64,000 nucleotides of DNA from Octopus vulgaris (taxonomy: Eukaryota), in NCBI GenBank assembly GCA_951406725.2, contig OX597832.1, forward strand, positions 34,162,001 through 34,226,000. The letters run 5' to 3'. This document shows, piece after piece, positions 13,331-27,738 of this stretch. The position numbers and the translations under genes were made by a program. The notes below the pieces were generated by a model. That model made no database searches, was not told the origin of the DNA, and worked only from the letters and a program-made list of their open reading frames with translations. Numbering within the stretch: the first letter of the stretch is position 1; the number at the start of each line of letters is the position of its first letter.

Positions 13331-14029
13331 GTAACCTAATTAATCTTCTCTCTTCGCTCCTTTGCGCTACATGGGCTCAGTTCACCTCCTCTCTTCATCC
13401 GACACCAAACTCTCACGGATTCCCACTCACCTGCCTCATTCAACTGCCCCTCCACCTACACACCTGCATACTACCCATCTCGGTACCTTCACCACACACG
13501 CACCACTATACGCACACCCATACAAACTATTCAACTCATCACACACTATTGTACTCACACCCACAACACCTTCTCACCACACACGCACACACACACACAA
13601 TAGCACTGACCACTTTTCAGCACTCACACCAACATCCACACATCTCCATGCAATCTTCAATAATGTCACTACACCTATCACTATACGAGCGACTACACAC
13701 ACTGTTTAACACAGAGCGAACACCATTATGCACACTCCCACATCCACACCAGCACATAATACCTGAACACAGACAATACACACACGCATCAACTGCTACA
13801 TACAACACACACACATTACACACGCATACACACACACATACGTCAGACTCACTCTCCCCATTCAAACATATGCACGTACAGACACACGCTTGCGCACTTC
13901 AGCTCGTTGGGTCAACATTATTGTCTTCCTTCCATTCAACCTCTTTTTCCACTTATCTCACCATGTTGAACCGCTGAATTCTACACAACTTTTCTCACTC
14001 CCATTTTTCTTATTCTCTCGCCATTTTCC

Positions 14030-14162
14030 CGCACTCCTTTCTGTTGAAGAGTATAGCCTCGAAACATAAAAGAGTTTTCCATTTTCCCCGAGCGTTAAAC
14101 AAATACACTTGCTTGTTGTTCATACACCTGTCTTCGTGTTTTGTTTTTCTATAAAACTGAAC
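14030..14162 (+). mobile_element. Short PLE-terminus-like repeat with variant hammerhead motif
   Basis: cttt-CTGTTGA-a-GAG.atagcCTC-GAAA-CATA-aaag at 14037-14072; inverted homolog at 14212-14395. Confidence 0.55.
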
Positions 14163-14178
14163 TATATATATATATATG

Positions 14179-14211
<33 letters not shown>

Positions 14212-14217
<6 letters not shown>

Positions 14218-14395
14218 GGAATTTACAAATAAAAAAAACCAAGACGGGTGTATAAACAACAAACAGAAGTATTAGTTTAAAGCTGGGGAAGTGAGAAAGT
14301 CTTTTACGTTTCGAGCCTATGCTCTTCAACAGAAAGGAACATAGAAATAAACAGAAAGAAAATAAAAAGGCTTAGTGCCTAGTGATCAATCATAT
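14212..14395 (-). mobile_element. Short PLE-terminus-like repeat with variant hammerhead motif
   Basis: Minus strand cttt-CTGTTGA-a-GAGC-atag-GCTC-GAAA-CGTA-aaag at 14336-14301. Confidence 0.6.
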
Positions 14396-14674
14396 ATATA
14401 TATATATATGTTCTGTACCCATATATGCATGTATATATACATATATATGTAGGTATGTACATATATGTATGTAGGTATGCATATATTTATATATTATTTT
14501 TATTGTGTGTGTGTGTGTGTGTGACAGGCTTTTACAGCTTCCTTTCTACTATACCCACTTACAAGGATTTCGTTGGCCTAAGATTCCAAGTAGCTGGGCT
14601 GAACCCGAGATCCTGTGGCTGGGAATATATATATATCGTGTATATATATATATATATATATATCGTTTATATAC

Positions 14675-14706
<32 letters not shown>

Positions 14707-15031
14707 ATATATATATATATATATATCGTGTATATACTCAGAAGTCGGCCGCTGTCGTTGATGTTCCAGTTGGGGCGATGGGTCTCATTAACATTTCTCT
14801 CCAGATGAAACGTAAATAGAAATATGGTGAACCTCAGTATTGAAGATGAAAGCTTTAAAGGAAGACATGTAAGCAAAAGTACATCAAGTGTGCTTCTATG
14901 GTTTTAAATGCCGTTTGTGAATACCACTGCGTACGGGAGCATGGAGAAATGTATAGATACATGTTAACTAACATCCATACGTCTGTATATATTTAGATAT
15001 ACATGGATATATATATGTGTGTGTGTGTGCA

Positions 15032-15065
<34 letters not shown>

Positions 15066-15468
15066 CATATACACACATATATATATATACATGTGTGCGT
15101 GTATGTGTGTATAGGACTCTCGGGACTCATGCACTTAAATATGTGCATATGCATGTGTGTATGTTTGGTTGAATATGTATGAGTCATGCATGTGCTACGC
15201 GCATATGTATGCATTTTCCTGAAGACACACACATACACACCCATGCAAATATTTGTTTGCATGCGTGTGTATTTGTATGTAGAGAAATAGATGCACAAAT
15301 GTGTATATATATATGAGATATATGTATGTATGTATATATATACATACATACACACATATATATATATATATATATATATGTATATGTAATATATAAGTGA
15401 AACTTAGTCACTTAACAACAATCTATATAGAACAAGAAAGATATGTATGTTAACGTGTACGTATGTAC

Positions 15469-15506
<38 letters not shown>

Positions 15507-16079
15507 ACATGTCGTTATGTGCTTGTAGACGTGTGTGCGCACGCACATACATGAATATATATGCCTGTATGTATTTATGTATATGTGTACACACACACAC
15601 ATATTTACATACCTACCTCAATGCATTTCTATAAATATGTCTATGCAGATATAATCACCGCATTAGCACCGGACTCTCGACGGTGCTTTGCCCTTCCTCA
15701 CTATTTTCCCCCTCAATATATTCTTTTCTTCTCATTTACGAATAAATTCGAAATTTTCGTGACGCCTCAAATACGTCGGATCAGTAACTTGTGAATATTT
15801 TCGACATATTTTTTTTACTTGTTTTTTTAAGTTTTGTCTTTAATTTTTCTTTACTTTTCTTCATTATTTTCGCTTTCCGTTTGTCTTTGGTGTTTTTCTT
15901 CCTCATAGATTAATATATAGAGATATTTGCTTTTCGTTTTTATTATTATTTATTGTTTTTTTTTTACCTTTTTATAATATGATTTAATCGAGCAATTACA
16001 TCACGTGATTACAAGGTGCATAATGTACGCACGCGAATGCAATCACACACATAGATATCATATTGAAATATATCTACGT

Positions 16080-16134
16080 ATATATGCATACATGTTTATA
16101 TGTGTATATATATATGTGTGTATATATATATATA

Positions 16135-16169
<35 letters not shown>

Positions 16170-16934
16170 GTGTATATATATATGTGTGTGTATATATATA
16201 TGTGTGTGTATATATATATATATATATGTATATGTTTATATATGTATATATTTATATATATGTGTATATATATATGTACGTATGCATATATGTATGTATA
16301 TATATATGTATGTATGTATATATATGTATGTATATATGACTGTATGTATATATATGTATGTATATATGCCTGTATGTTTGTATGTATGTATGTATATATG
16401 CATGTATATAGATATGTATATATGTATATATATGTATATATGTTTATATATATATGTTTATGTATATGTGTATATATATATATATGTTTATATTTGTTTA
16501 TATGTATATATATATGTATATATATATATATATATGTATGTATATATGTATGTATGTATATATATGTTTATATATATATTTATGTATATATGTATGTATG
16601 TATATATATATATGTACCTATGTATGTATATATATATATATGTATGTATATATATATATATGTATGTATATATATATGTATATATATATATATGTATATA
16701 TATATATGTATGTATATATATATATATGTATGTATATATATATATGTATGTATATATATATGTATGTATATATATATATATGTATGTATATATATATATA
16801 TGTATGTATATATATATATATATATGTATGTATATATATATATATGTATGTATATATATATATATGTATGTATATATATATGTACGTATGTATGTATATA
16901 TATATATGTATGTATGTATGTATATATATATATG

Positions 16935-16996
<62 letters not shown>

Positions 16997-17232
16997 TATG
17001 TATGTATGTATATATATATATATGTATGTATGTATATATATGTATGTATTTATATATATATATGTATATATATATATGTATATATATATATAAATGTATG
17101 TATGTATGCATATATGTATGTATATTTGTATGTATATGTATGTATATATATATGTATATATATATATGTATATGTATATATATATATGTATATGTATATA
17201 TATATATGTATGTGTATATATATATGTGTATA

Positions 17233-17271
<39 letters not shown>

Positions 17272-17412
17272 ACATATATGTGTGTATACATATATATATA
17301 TGTATATATTTACATATATGTATGTATATATATATGTGTGTATACATATATATATATGTATATATATATACATATATATATGTATATATGTATATATATA
17401 TTTATATATATA
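16080..17412. repeat. Compound (TA)n/(TATG)n microsatellite, about 1.3 kb
   Basis: Direct reading; accounts for the YI/VC ORFs here. Confidence 0.95.
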
Positions 17413-18109
17413 TCTGTGTGTGTGTGAGTGTGTGTGTCCTCGAGCGTGCGCTCGTCAGAGTTTCTTTCTCTATACAGGGGAAACCAAGAGCATGTCAAAG
17501 TGAGAAAAGATATTCATTACGAACCTGGTTTTGCTGATTGTCAAAGAAATTCAACTTTCTTCAATTTTTTTTTATTATTTTTTTTTTTGTAGGCGTTTAT
17601 TTTTCGTTTTTCGCTTATTTCTTTCTATTCCATTTGTTAAATAATGTTCAGAGTCCATTTTATTAATATTTATTTTTTACAATTTCTTTGTTTTATTTCT
17701 CTCTTCTCTTAATCCACTCCCTTTTCTTTCTCACCCCCTACCTCGCCTCCTCATTATTCTACATCTTCCTCTCTTGTGTCTCTTTCTATTTTTATTAATG
17801 TCTTTCTTTCTGAATTTTCCTCGGCCTCCTCCTCTTCATCATTATTACTTTTGCTTCTCTCCTTCATCTTCGACCAATTCCTCCTTTTTTTCTCTCCTCC
17901 TCTCCGCCCTTTCTCATTTCTCTTCTAAAATATGCATAAATATTTATATGTACTTGCATACATTGCATATGTATGCAGGTACATTAATGGATGTGTGGGG
18001 TGTATATGATATATATATATGTGAATATGGATTATATATATACATACATATATATATATATATATACATACATATATATATATATATATACATACATATA
18101 TATATATAT

Positions 18110-18444
<335 letters not shown>

Positions 18445-18449
<5 letters not shown>

Positions 18450-18675
18450 GGATAAGATCGTTAATTTAAAATAAAATAACGATTTTACCAAGTGGCCAGC
18501 ATGGAAAAATAACCTCCAAAGGTAATAATTATTAAAATTATAAATTAGGGTATCTACGAGATACCACCATGCTGAAAATAGCAGCCACGATCTGACTCTA
18601 AAACCACCTTAATTGTCCATATCGCAAACACGGAGAGAAAACAAAGAGACAAGATGAAGCTAGTAAAAAATTACT

Positions 18676-18680
<5 letters not shown>
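18445..18680. repeat. Unclassified ~230-bp dispersed repeat, copy 1 (copy 2 at 20168-20390)
   Basis: Shared AAGATCGTTA, CAAGTGGCCAGCAT, AACCTCCAAAGGTAATAATTATTAAAA, TTAGGGTATCTA.GAGATACCACCA, AATAGCAGCCA and CTCTAAAACCAC blocks. Confidence 0.8.
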
Positions 18681-18734
<54 letters not shown>

Positions 18735-18924
18735 TATGTGTGTGTGTATGTACGAGTGTGCGTCCAAGCTAAAAAAGACTTTATCTAGGACCCTAAAAAT
18801 CGAGTTTCGTTCTAGGAGCCTAAGAAACTGGCATGGAGCTGAAACAAACTATTATAAAAATATATATAGTGTGTGTGTGTACATGTGTGTTGTGTGTGTG
18901 TACATACACATATGTATACTTTTA

Positions 18925-19135
18925 CTTTTATGCTTTTACTTATTCCAGTCATCTGAGTGCGGCCATGCGGGAGTACCGCCTTGGATATTTTTGTAGTCGA
19001 AGAAATCGACGTCAGGACTTATTTGTAAACCTAGTACTTATTCTATCCGTCTATTTTGTCGAACCGCTATGTTACGAGGACGTAAACACACCAACATCAG
19101 TTGTCAAGCCATGATGGAGGCGGCAAACGCAGACA
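18925..19135 (-). mobile_element. SINE family 1, 3' half
   Basis: TGCGGCCATGC..GAGTACCGCC, CTAGTACTTATTCTATC and GGACGTAAACACACCAACATC blocks. Confidence 0.75.
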
Positions 19136-20167
19136 CACACACACACACACATATATATACATACATACATACATATGTGTGTATATATATATATATATAA
19201 TTATATATATATATAATTATATATATTCAGAAATGCTTCACTAATCGTTCAGTTTGTTGTCGGTGCTCATCCTTTACCCGTCTTTGCTCTTTCCCGCATT
19301 TTGTTGAAAATCCCTCTTCCATCTTTCATTTAACTCTCGACACTGTCTAAGCTATACATTTGTGACATAATACAAATGCAAGCATATATATGAGAATATT
19401 CGTGCATATATATACACATATATAGTTTTGAGAGAATGAGTGTGTGAGCGTGTTTGTTTACATATATTTGTGTGTGCGTGTAGTGTGTATGGTGTGTGTG
19501 TCTGTGCATACACATATAATCTGGAAAATCCACTTAAAATGCGGTTAAGTCCATAGTCGTAATCAACCCCAAGGGAAGTGTCTGTCATCAATAGTAACGA
19601 ATATAAGTTGTCAGGCTGTAAATCATATTTACCGTGAGTAGAGTAGTAAATGACAATTTGAAACGGAAACGCTTCATCTTAGATGCGAGAAAGATGTGGA
19701 AAACATGAAGGGGGAGAGTGTCATAAGTGAGAAGTGAATAGCACGGAATGAATAAGGGAGGAGAAAAGAATGGAAACGAAAAGGAAATTATTTATGTTTA
19801 AAGTAGGTATGTTAACATAATATGTGGTTCTGGGATGTGGTCCGGGAGAAAGAAATGACAGTAAAATACATCCGGCAGCCCCCAAAATATGACTGCTGCA
19901 AAGTCCAATGTAGACGTCCATAATATAGATGAGCTGCCATAAATATGGTTATGTAACGCAACACATAATATGTACTTATGTGTGTGTGTGTGTGCGCACG
20001 GGAGAATGTATATATATACATATATATGTAAAAAAATACAAACTGGGACAAGAACGCAAAACATTTAGAAGACGATACAAAAAACACGGACGGGACATTC
20101 GAAGCCTTCAATCTTCAGTCAAGAACCGGATCATCCTCGCAATTAATCTTATATATATATATATATA

Positions 20168-20390
20168 TATAAGATCGTTATTTAAATATCGAACTTATCA
20201 AGTGGCCAGCATAGGGATTAAAACCTCCAAAGGTAATAATTATTAAAAGTATAATTTAGGGTATCTAAGAGATACCACCACGCTTGAAATAGCAGCCAAA
20301 ACTTCACTCTAAAACCACATTAAATGTTCATACAACACCAGGAGAGAAGACAAGACAAAATAAACTAGCAAAACAAATTACTGGATAATT
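20168..20390. repeat. Unclassified ~230-bp dispersed repeat, copy 2
   Basis: Direct-orientation homolog of 18445-18680. Confidence 0.8.
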
Positions 20391-20490
20391 CCAGATCCCG
20401 GATTTATGTCTACATATACATATATATATATATATATGTATGCGTACACACACACACACACACACATATGTAGGTAGGTGGGTAGTTGTT

Positions 20491-20574
<84 letters not shown>
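20491..20574. repeat. (GATA)n microsatellite (others at 21841-21927, 49833-49907 and 50519-50567)
   Basis: Direct reading. Confidence 0.95.
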
Positions 20575-21838
20575 TCCCCCATTCCGTCTTCCTCATAAGC
20601 TCTTCTCTTTCTCCCTCTTATTCTACCTCTAACACACTTCCGTTTCCATGTATTTACCATCAATTGCTTGAGGTCAAATGTCAAAGATGTGATTTTATTA
20701 GAGGGACAAGTGCGAGAACTTGGCAAAGAGGAAACGTCACTCCAATTTCTCTTTACTCCATCACGTTTCAAAATGTTCCACCAGTCTAAATAATGTCGGT
20801 TCACCCCACAAAACCCACCCCAGGCGATGTATTGCAATCAGGAAAATAAACGGATTTATATTAAACTGTATTTCTTCATTCTTATGTCTTGCTGTATTTT
20901 GTCGATTTCTAATTTTTTTTATACAGTTCTCCTTCATTCTCACCACATTGCATTTTCTCCTATTTTGATTTATAATTCTTATTCCATTTTTACTTTGGTC
21001 CGTCAAAACAATTTAAAATTCTATGTGTGTGTGTATATATATGTGTGTGCGTGTGTTCACACAGGGTTGGCTGTGCGGTAATTTGGCTTCTTAAACTTGG
21101 TCCCGTGTTGTATGTATGTTTGTATGTATGTATGTATGTATGAATGAATGAATGAACCTTATTAATTGGTAAAAGTAACAAATTGATGCAACGCTCGAGA
21201 GTTAATATATATTACTCATAATATTATGAGTAAACAAACATTAATAACTTTGAATTTACTAAAATTTTATAACACAGCGCTTAAGGGTGTCGGCTGCTGT
21301 CTGAGTGGTCAGAGCCTCAGCTCTAATGTCTCACTTTTTTGTCTTTTTTTTTGGTGAGGGGTGGGGGTGGGGGGTTTACGTTTTGTCTGATCCGCCGTGC
21401 TTTGAGTTCAAATCCACTAACTAACTTTGTTTTTCGTCTTTTCGGGTTGAAGATAAACTACCAAACCAGATTAGTGAAAGTATAAAAATGTTGGACAGGG
21501 ATTACCTTCAGGATTTGTTGTCTCTCTGCATTCTGAGTTAAATTCAGAGAACATCTCATCTTCTAAGCCAAATATGATGGGACAACATAGGAACAAAGGA
21601 CGATCAAGGCAGGTGATGAACACGTGATCAATTGCTTCCCACTGTAATAGAAGATGGTGATGATGATGATTAGGGTTATAAAGGAATCGTTTGGCAAAAT
21701 GAAGGTTGTACTAAATGGTAAGGGCGGAATATAAAGAATGCGATGAGCCAGAATTTGACATGGAGGTGTCACCAGGATCCTACGGAAGAGGGGCATATAG
21801 ACTCTCCTATCACGACCTCCCAAGAATAACGGACCGAG

Positions 21839-21927
<89 letters not shown>

Positions 21928-22774
21928 GAAGGAAGGAAGGCGGTGGATGGATGGATGGATGGACATCGCCAAGAACAATTATGAAGAAACAGTCGTCCCT
22001 GTCGAATCCGCCGCCACCGACCCCGCTGCTGTTGATTTTTCTGTCATTTTTAACTTTGAACGGAAAAAAATCCGAGTTTTTCTTTTTTATTGTTATTACT
22101 TTCTTTTCGTTTAAGAGATGAAAAATTTTTGAAATTGGATTTACTTTCTTTCTTAAAATGTCTCATTGCTGAGCTGTGGGAGAACCTGTTGGTGCCATAT
22201 TGCTCAAACATGATATCTCTGCATTCCAGATTCTGACCATGTCAAGCAAAGCATTAAACAAAATATCAATTCCAGTCTCTGTCGAGCAATGTCTTTTAGG
22301 CTCTTCCGGTTTAGCCTTCGTTATCTGACATTTTTCATAGTAAAATTCTTCAACTCATTCTTTATTAATTTCTGTATTTATTAATTATTTGAAGACCTCG
22401 ACTTTCATTTTCGTTGCGTTCAAATAAACAAGAAAAGCCCAAGAAATGCAATTGGCTATTCTCTGACTTATCAACCAATGAAAATGTGTTACGTATGAAC
22501 GATTACGAAAGGCGATCACAGATGATATTAGTTAAAAGAATACATTGTGGATTAACTGAGATTATCCAAGCAATTCGTTTGCCAAAACTCCTTGTTTAGG
22601 GTGTTTAAATTTTGAATAGGGGGACTGCAGGGAGATCATTCAATTAAAATCAACTCACTGAAATTTTTTTCTGGAAACAAAGAATGCGGAATGGGACTGG
22701 AGGTGATTCTTTTAGGCCAAAAGACAAAAGGAGTCATATTCCGATATTATTTGGCCGCATCACCGATGTATTTT

Positions 22775-22982
22775 CTTATTTTTTATTGCCCATAAGGGGC
22801 TAAACATAGAGGAGACAAACAAGGACAGACAATGGGATTCAGTCGATTACATCGACCCCAATGCGTGACTGGTACTTATTTAATCGATCCCGAAAGGATG
22901 AAAGGCTAAGTCAACCTCGGCAGAAATTGAACTCAAAACGTAGAGGCAGATGAAATACAGCTAAGCATTTCGCCCGGCGTTC
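22775..22982 (-). mobile_element. SINE family 2
   Basis: AGTCGATTACATCGACCCCA..CTGGTACTTATTTAATCGA.CCCGAAAGGATGAAAGGC..TGAACTCA core, repeated at 23555-23690, 27045-27700, 30265-30432 and 41432-41560. Confidence 0.75.
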
Positions 22983-23554
22983 ACCGACGTATTTTCTGTT
23001 AGGGCTAGGGCTGATACAAACGCGCGCGCTCACAAAACACACACACACGCACACATACACTCAGAGAAAGAGAGAGAGAATGAGGGGAGTGATGATTAAA
23101 TACATACAAATGTATACATATGTAAGGTATACTAGCCATCTCAATATGGCTAACCACTAAGGGTGGGTGTTACTATAGCTTGTAGCCCCAGGAGATCATC
23201 GTCTCCAGCTGGCTTTAGGCACACTTTCTGTGCGCTTATGGTATTTGCAAAGGGAGGTCATCCCTCTTTCGTCAACCTAAGTGATACGCACGGATGACGG
23301 CCGTTTTTAGTGTAAAATAAATTAGTTGACATGTCTGCACAAGTGCGCATGCTATAAATTGCATAGCGCTATTGTACATATCCAAACCAATGCAGATATG
23401 GAAGGCTAGTCTTCTCATCAATAGAACATCTTGATTTTCTTTTTCAACCTTGATGAATACATAGGAAAATCATCTTCTAATATAGAAAGTACGGAAGACC
23501 GACAATTGACCAAAACTGACCATAGAGATGAGGAAAGGAGATTTTATAAGATAT

Positions 23555-23690
23555 TCTTTTCTGCTTTAGGTACAAGGCCCGAAATTTTGGTGAAGAGTCC
23601 AGTCGATTAGATCGACCACAGTACGCCACTGGTACTTATTTTATCGACCTGGAAAGGATGAGAAGCAAAGTCGAATACGGCGGAATAAGA
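23555..23690 (-). mobile_element. SINE family 2 fragment
   Basis: AGTCGATTAGATCGACC.CAGTACGCCACTGGTACTTATTTTATCGACC.GAAAGGATGA. Confidence 0.7.
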
Positions 23691-23967
23691 GATTTTGTAA
23701 GATATTAAGAACGAAATGATGATTAGTGGCGATGAACATTATGGAAGGTACAAAAGAGGGGGGGGGCAGATAGATTGCCGTTAATAAGAGAGAGATAATA
23801 ATAATAAAGATTCTCTTATAGTCTTCATGAAACAATTTCATCGACTGAATTTCCTGGATTTCAGCAGCATGAGACTCCACATTACACGCTTCCGTATTAC
23901 TTTACTCTGTGGGGGGATCAACCAACCAGAGGCGGTTTCTGTGACTGTCGCAGGATTACATGTATCC

Positions 23968-24012
<45 letters not shown>

Positions 24013-25944
24013 CGTTTGGGGATTTGGTTTGCAAGATTCTTTATATGAGTTCGTGTGTTGAAGCATAAGTGTAAATTTTAACGGTGAGTGTGTTACATTA
24101 TAAGGCACAAAAAGAAAATGACTCTCCCCAGACACAACAGTATATATATATATTTAGACAGCCGTGTGCAATGTTTTACCAAAAAGGAAAACTATAATCG
24201 TCCCTAAATATGACTAAGGTTTCAGAACAACTACAGTGCTAGAAATAAGTGATAAAAGGGTCTAATGCTGTAGTTAAAGCGCATGGTTGTGTACATATGT
24301 ACTGACAGGGACCGTAATCACCCGAACGTACCGGTTGAAAATTCTCTATACTGACCGCTCGACTCGGCTCATTCCGGATTTGCTTTCCTATATATATATA
24401 TTCTCTATTGGTGGTCTACCTTTGGGTATGTCCTGTGTATGTGATTCTTGTCCAGCGCTCCCGATACGACCGGCGGGGTGTACCCCCACTTACCATCGTT
24501 AAGTAGATTGCTGGAATTTGACTACCATGAGTAGACTTGGGATGAATGCTGGAGTACATATACGTGCGTGCGTGTGTATGTGTGTGTGACTGTGTGTGTT
24601 CAGATGTGTAGACCATCGTTGTAAGTGTTGCATTCATGATCATAAGATTTAGTTTCGATTCCCAGACCCGCCGAAGAGCTGTGTTCTTCTGCGAGACATT
24701 TCATTTCCCGTTGTTCCATTGCATTCATCTCACAAATGTGAGTAAACTTGCAACAGTGCTTCCTCCCTTCCAGTTGGGTAATATATGCGACAATGCATCA
24801 CATGGAAAGCACACAAATATCATTACAGTTTCGCGGCGTTATTGGTGACGTCAACGGCAAGAACGTTGGGGATATGTGGGCGGACATGAAAGACAGAATG
24901 AGACCAATAGATAAGAAAGACAACGTCCGTGAATCACACATAGACATTCACATATACAGACTTTATATATATATATATAAAGATAGACTGATTATTTAAC
25001 TGATTGATTATTCGATTGATTAGTATACATACACGTGCATAAACATAAACTCATATGTCGATGGATAGAGAGGGGGAAGGGATTGATAGATTAGATAGGT
25101 AGGTAGTAAGTAGAAAGATAGGTAGACAGGCAGATAGACAGATAGAAAGACATCAGACAGACACGGAAACACCCTAACGAACAAACACCGTAAGTCTTCT
25201 AGTCCGGTGCTTGTAATCACGTCTCATGGAATGTCTTTGGTTTGCAAGCTTCGATGCATTTATTGACTTTTAACCTTTAATCCGTCGTCTGTTTGCATGA
25301 AAAAATGTAGCAGCAAATGTATAGGAAAGAAGAGAAGAAACATTTGTGATGTTCATGCCTTTCCGCTTTCTTGAGGAGCGGGGTCATTTTTTTTCTTTTT
25401 TTTTTTTTTTTCGTGTGTGACGTAAATAAATTGAAGCAGTTTATTAAAAGGAAACCATTTCTTTCGTGCTTTGACTTTAGGTTTAACTGGTCAGGATAAG
25501 TTATCTCCCTTGTACCGCTTTGCTTACAGCAAAAGCCTTGTTTTAATATCTCCTTAATATGATTAATTAAGGGATAGCTAGGTAAGAGTTTGGCAGATTG
25601 GTTCAAGTGTTGCTAATTGGAAGGCTCGCTTTGCGATCAGAGTTCAAATCGCACTGAGAACTACATTATATTTGATGATAAATACTAGTGAAAATCGATA
25701 TAATTGCCAATGCGAAATCTTATCACTAGCTTCAAAATCAATATTCAGTTTTTCTCGTATTTTTTTCCTTTTAGCAATGGCTTGGCCGTTGTGTAAAGCG
25801 ACGTTGACCAAATTATTGTAGCGCCGGACAAATCACCTGGCGATGCTTATTTCCGCTTTTTACATTCTGAATTTAAATTCCGGTCAAGTAAACATCTGTA
25901 GAGGGACAGTGAAGATCATATGAAGTCGGTAGATAACCAGAACT

Positions 25945-26291
25945 ACTCTTTTACTTGTTTCAGTCATTTGACTGCGGCCATGCTGGAGCACCGCCTTTAG
26001 TCGAGGAAATCGACCCCATGACTTATTTTTTGCAAGCCTAGTACTTATTCTATCGGTCTCTTTTGCCGAACCGCTAAGCTACGAGGACGTAAACACACCA
26101 GCATTGGTTGTCAAGCGATGTTGGGGGGACAAACACAGACAAACAAACACGCACACATACATATATACGACGGGCTTCTTTGGTCGGCCTGAGGCTATAG
26201 TAGAAGACACTTGCCCAAGGTGCCACGCAGTTGGACTGTACCCGGAACCGTATGGTTGGTAAGCAAGCTACTTACCACACAGCCACTCCTG
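25945..26291 (-). mobile_element. SINE family 1, near full length
   Basis: tRNA-like head AGGAGTGGCTGTGTGGTAAG...GGGTACAGTCC; tail GCGGTGCTCCAGCATGGCCGCAGTCAAATGACTGAAACAAGTAAAAG. Confidence 0.85.
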
Positions 26292-26469
26292 ATTTGAAAA
26301 TGCAGTGAGGTAATTATTTCGCTTTTTATTGGTGCTGGGAAATGTGTCCCGTGTCTTACCTTTCCTTCCGATGATATATTGCTATCCCAGAGAAAGAGAC
26401 AGACAGACAGACAGAAGTCGGACTATTAGCGTGGACAAATATAGGTTTTCTTTTCAAAATAAACAACAC

Positions 26470-26818
26470 AGGCGCAGGAGCAGCTGTGTGATAAGTTTGC
26501 TTCCCGACCACATGGTTACGGGTTCAGTCCCACTGCGTGGTACCTTGGGCAAATGTTTTCTACTATAGCCTCGGGTCGATTAAAGCCTCGTTGGTAGATT
26601 TGGTATGTATTTGTGTGTCCGTGTTTGTTCCCCCACCATCGCTTGACAACCGATGTTGGTGTTTTTACGTCCCTGTAATTTAGCGGTTCGGCAAAACAGA
26701 CCGATAGAATAAGTACTAGGCTTACAAAGAATAAGTCTTGGGGTCGATTTGTTCGACTAAAAGCGGTGTTCCAGCATGGCCGCAGTCAAATTACTGAAAC
26801 AAGTAAAATAATAAAAGT
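26470..26818 (+). mobile_element. SINE family 1, near full length
   Basis: Head GGCGCAGGAG.GCTGTGTG.TAAG...GGGTTCAGTCCC; tail GCGGTGTTCCAGCATGGCCGCAGTCAAATTACTGAAACAAG. Confidence 0.85.
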
Positions 26819-27044
26819 GTAACCAAATATAATCGAGGCCGTAAACGTCAGGGAGGAATTTTCCAGGAACAGATAAATGCACAATTCCCACCAACAGAGG
26901 ATTTGGTCAAATCGTTAGATTCTAGGACTAAATAGTTTGTGCTAGAAGGTTACCGCCTCTTAGGTCGTGCGTTCAAATACCGTACAGATCAACTTAGCCT
27001 TGGATCATTGAAAGATTTATAAAAAAGAAATATAAAAACGGTAA

Positions 27045-27695
27045 TCATTTCTACTGTAGGAACAAGGCTTAAGAATTTTTAGGAGACGGGTTACACAGTT
27101 ATATCGACTCAATTGATGTTTATTTCATGGAATCCGAAAGGATGAACGGCAAAGTCAAATGTTGCTAAGCAATTTGTCCGGTTGCTAACGATTCTCTCAG
27201 TTTGCAACCTTAATACTACTACTAATAACAATAATAATAATAATTCTTTCTACTGGAAGCAGAAGGCTTCAGATTTGAAGGAAGGGATTAAGTCGATTAC
27301 ATCGACCCCAGTGCATATCTGGTACATATTTAATCGATCCTAAAAGGATGAAAGGCAAAGTCGACCGCGGCGGAATTTTAGCTCAGAACGTAGCGACAGG
27401 CGAAATACCATCAAGCATTTTGTCAGGAGTCCTAACGGGTCTGCCATCTCGCCACCTTAATAATAATAATAATAATAATAATAATGACCCTTTCTACTGG
27501 AAGTACAAGGCCTCAAATTTGGGAGAAGGGATCAAGTCGATTATCGAACCTACTGCGTAACTGGTGCCTATTTAATCGACCCCGAAGAGATGAAAGGCAA
27601 CGCCGACCTCAGCGAAATTTGAACTCAGAACGTAGCGACGGGCGAAATACTTCTATGCATTTGTTCGGAGTGCTAACAAGTCTGCCAGCTCACCG

Positions 27696-27700
<5 letters not shown>
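27045..27700 (-). mobile_element. Three tandem copies of SINE family 2 separated by (AAT)n
   Basis: Units at about 27045-27212, 27245-27458 and 27489-27699; on the plus strand each starts TTTCTACTG and is followed by TAATAATAA. Confidence 0.85.

Positions 27701-27738
<38 letters not shown>

Noticed and set aside
13309-13977. 222-aa His/Thr-rich ORF
   Set aside because: Degenerate CA-rich low-complexity DNA with no domain or splice evidence.
20085-20135. CTGAAGA..GAAT motif (also at about 45185 and 7820) as a type III hammerhead
   Set aside because: GAAT instead of GAAA, and no consistent stems I or III across copies.
27045-27735. CRISPR-like repeat-spacer array
   Set aside because: Units are ~210-bp SINEs separated by microsatellite, in a eukaryotic context with no cas genes.
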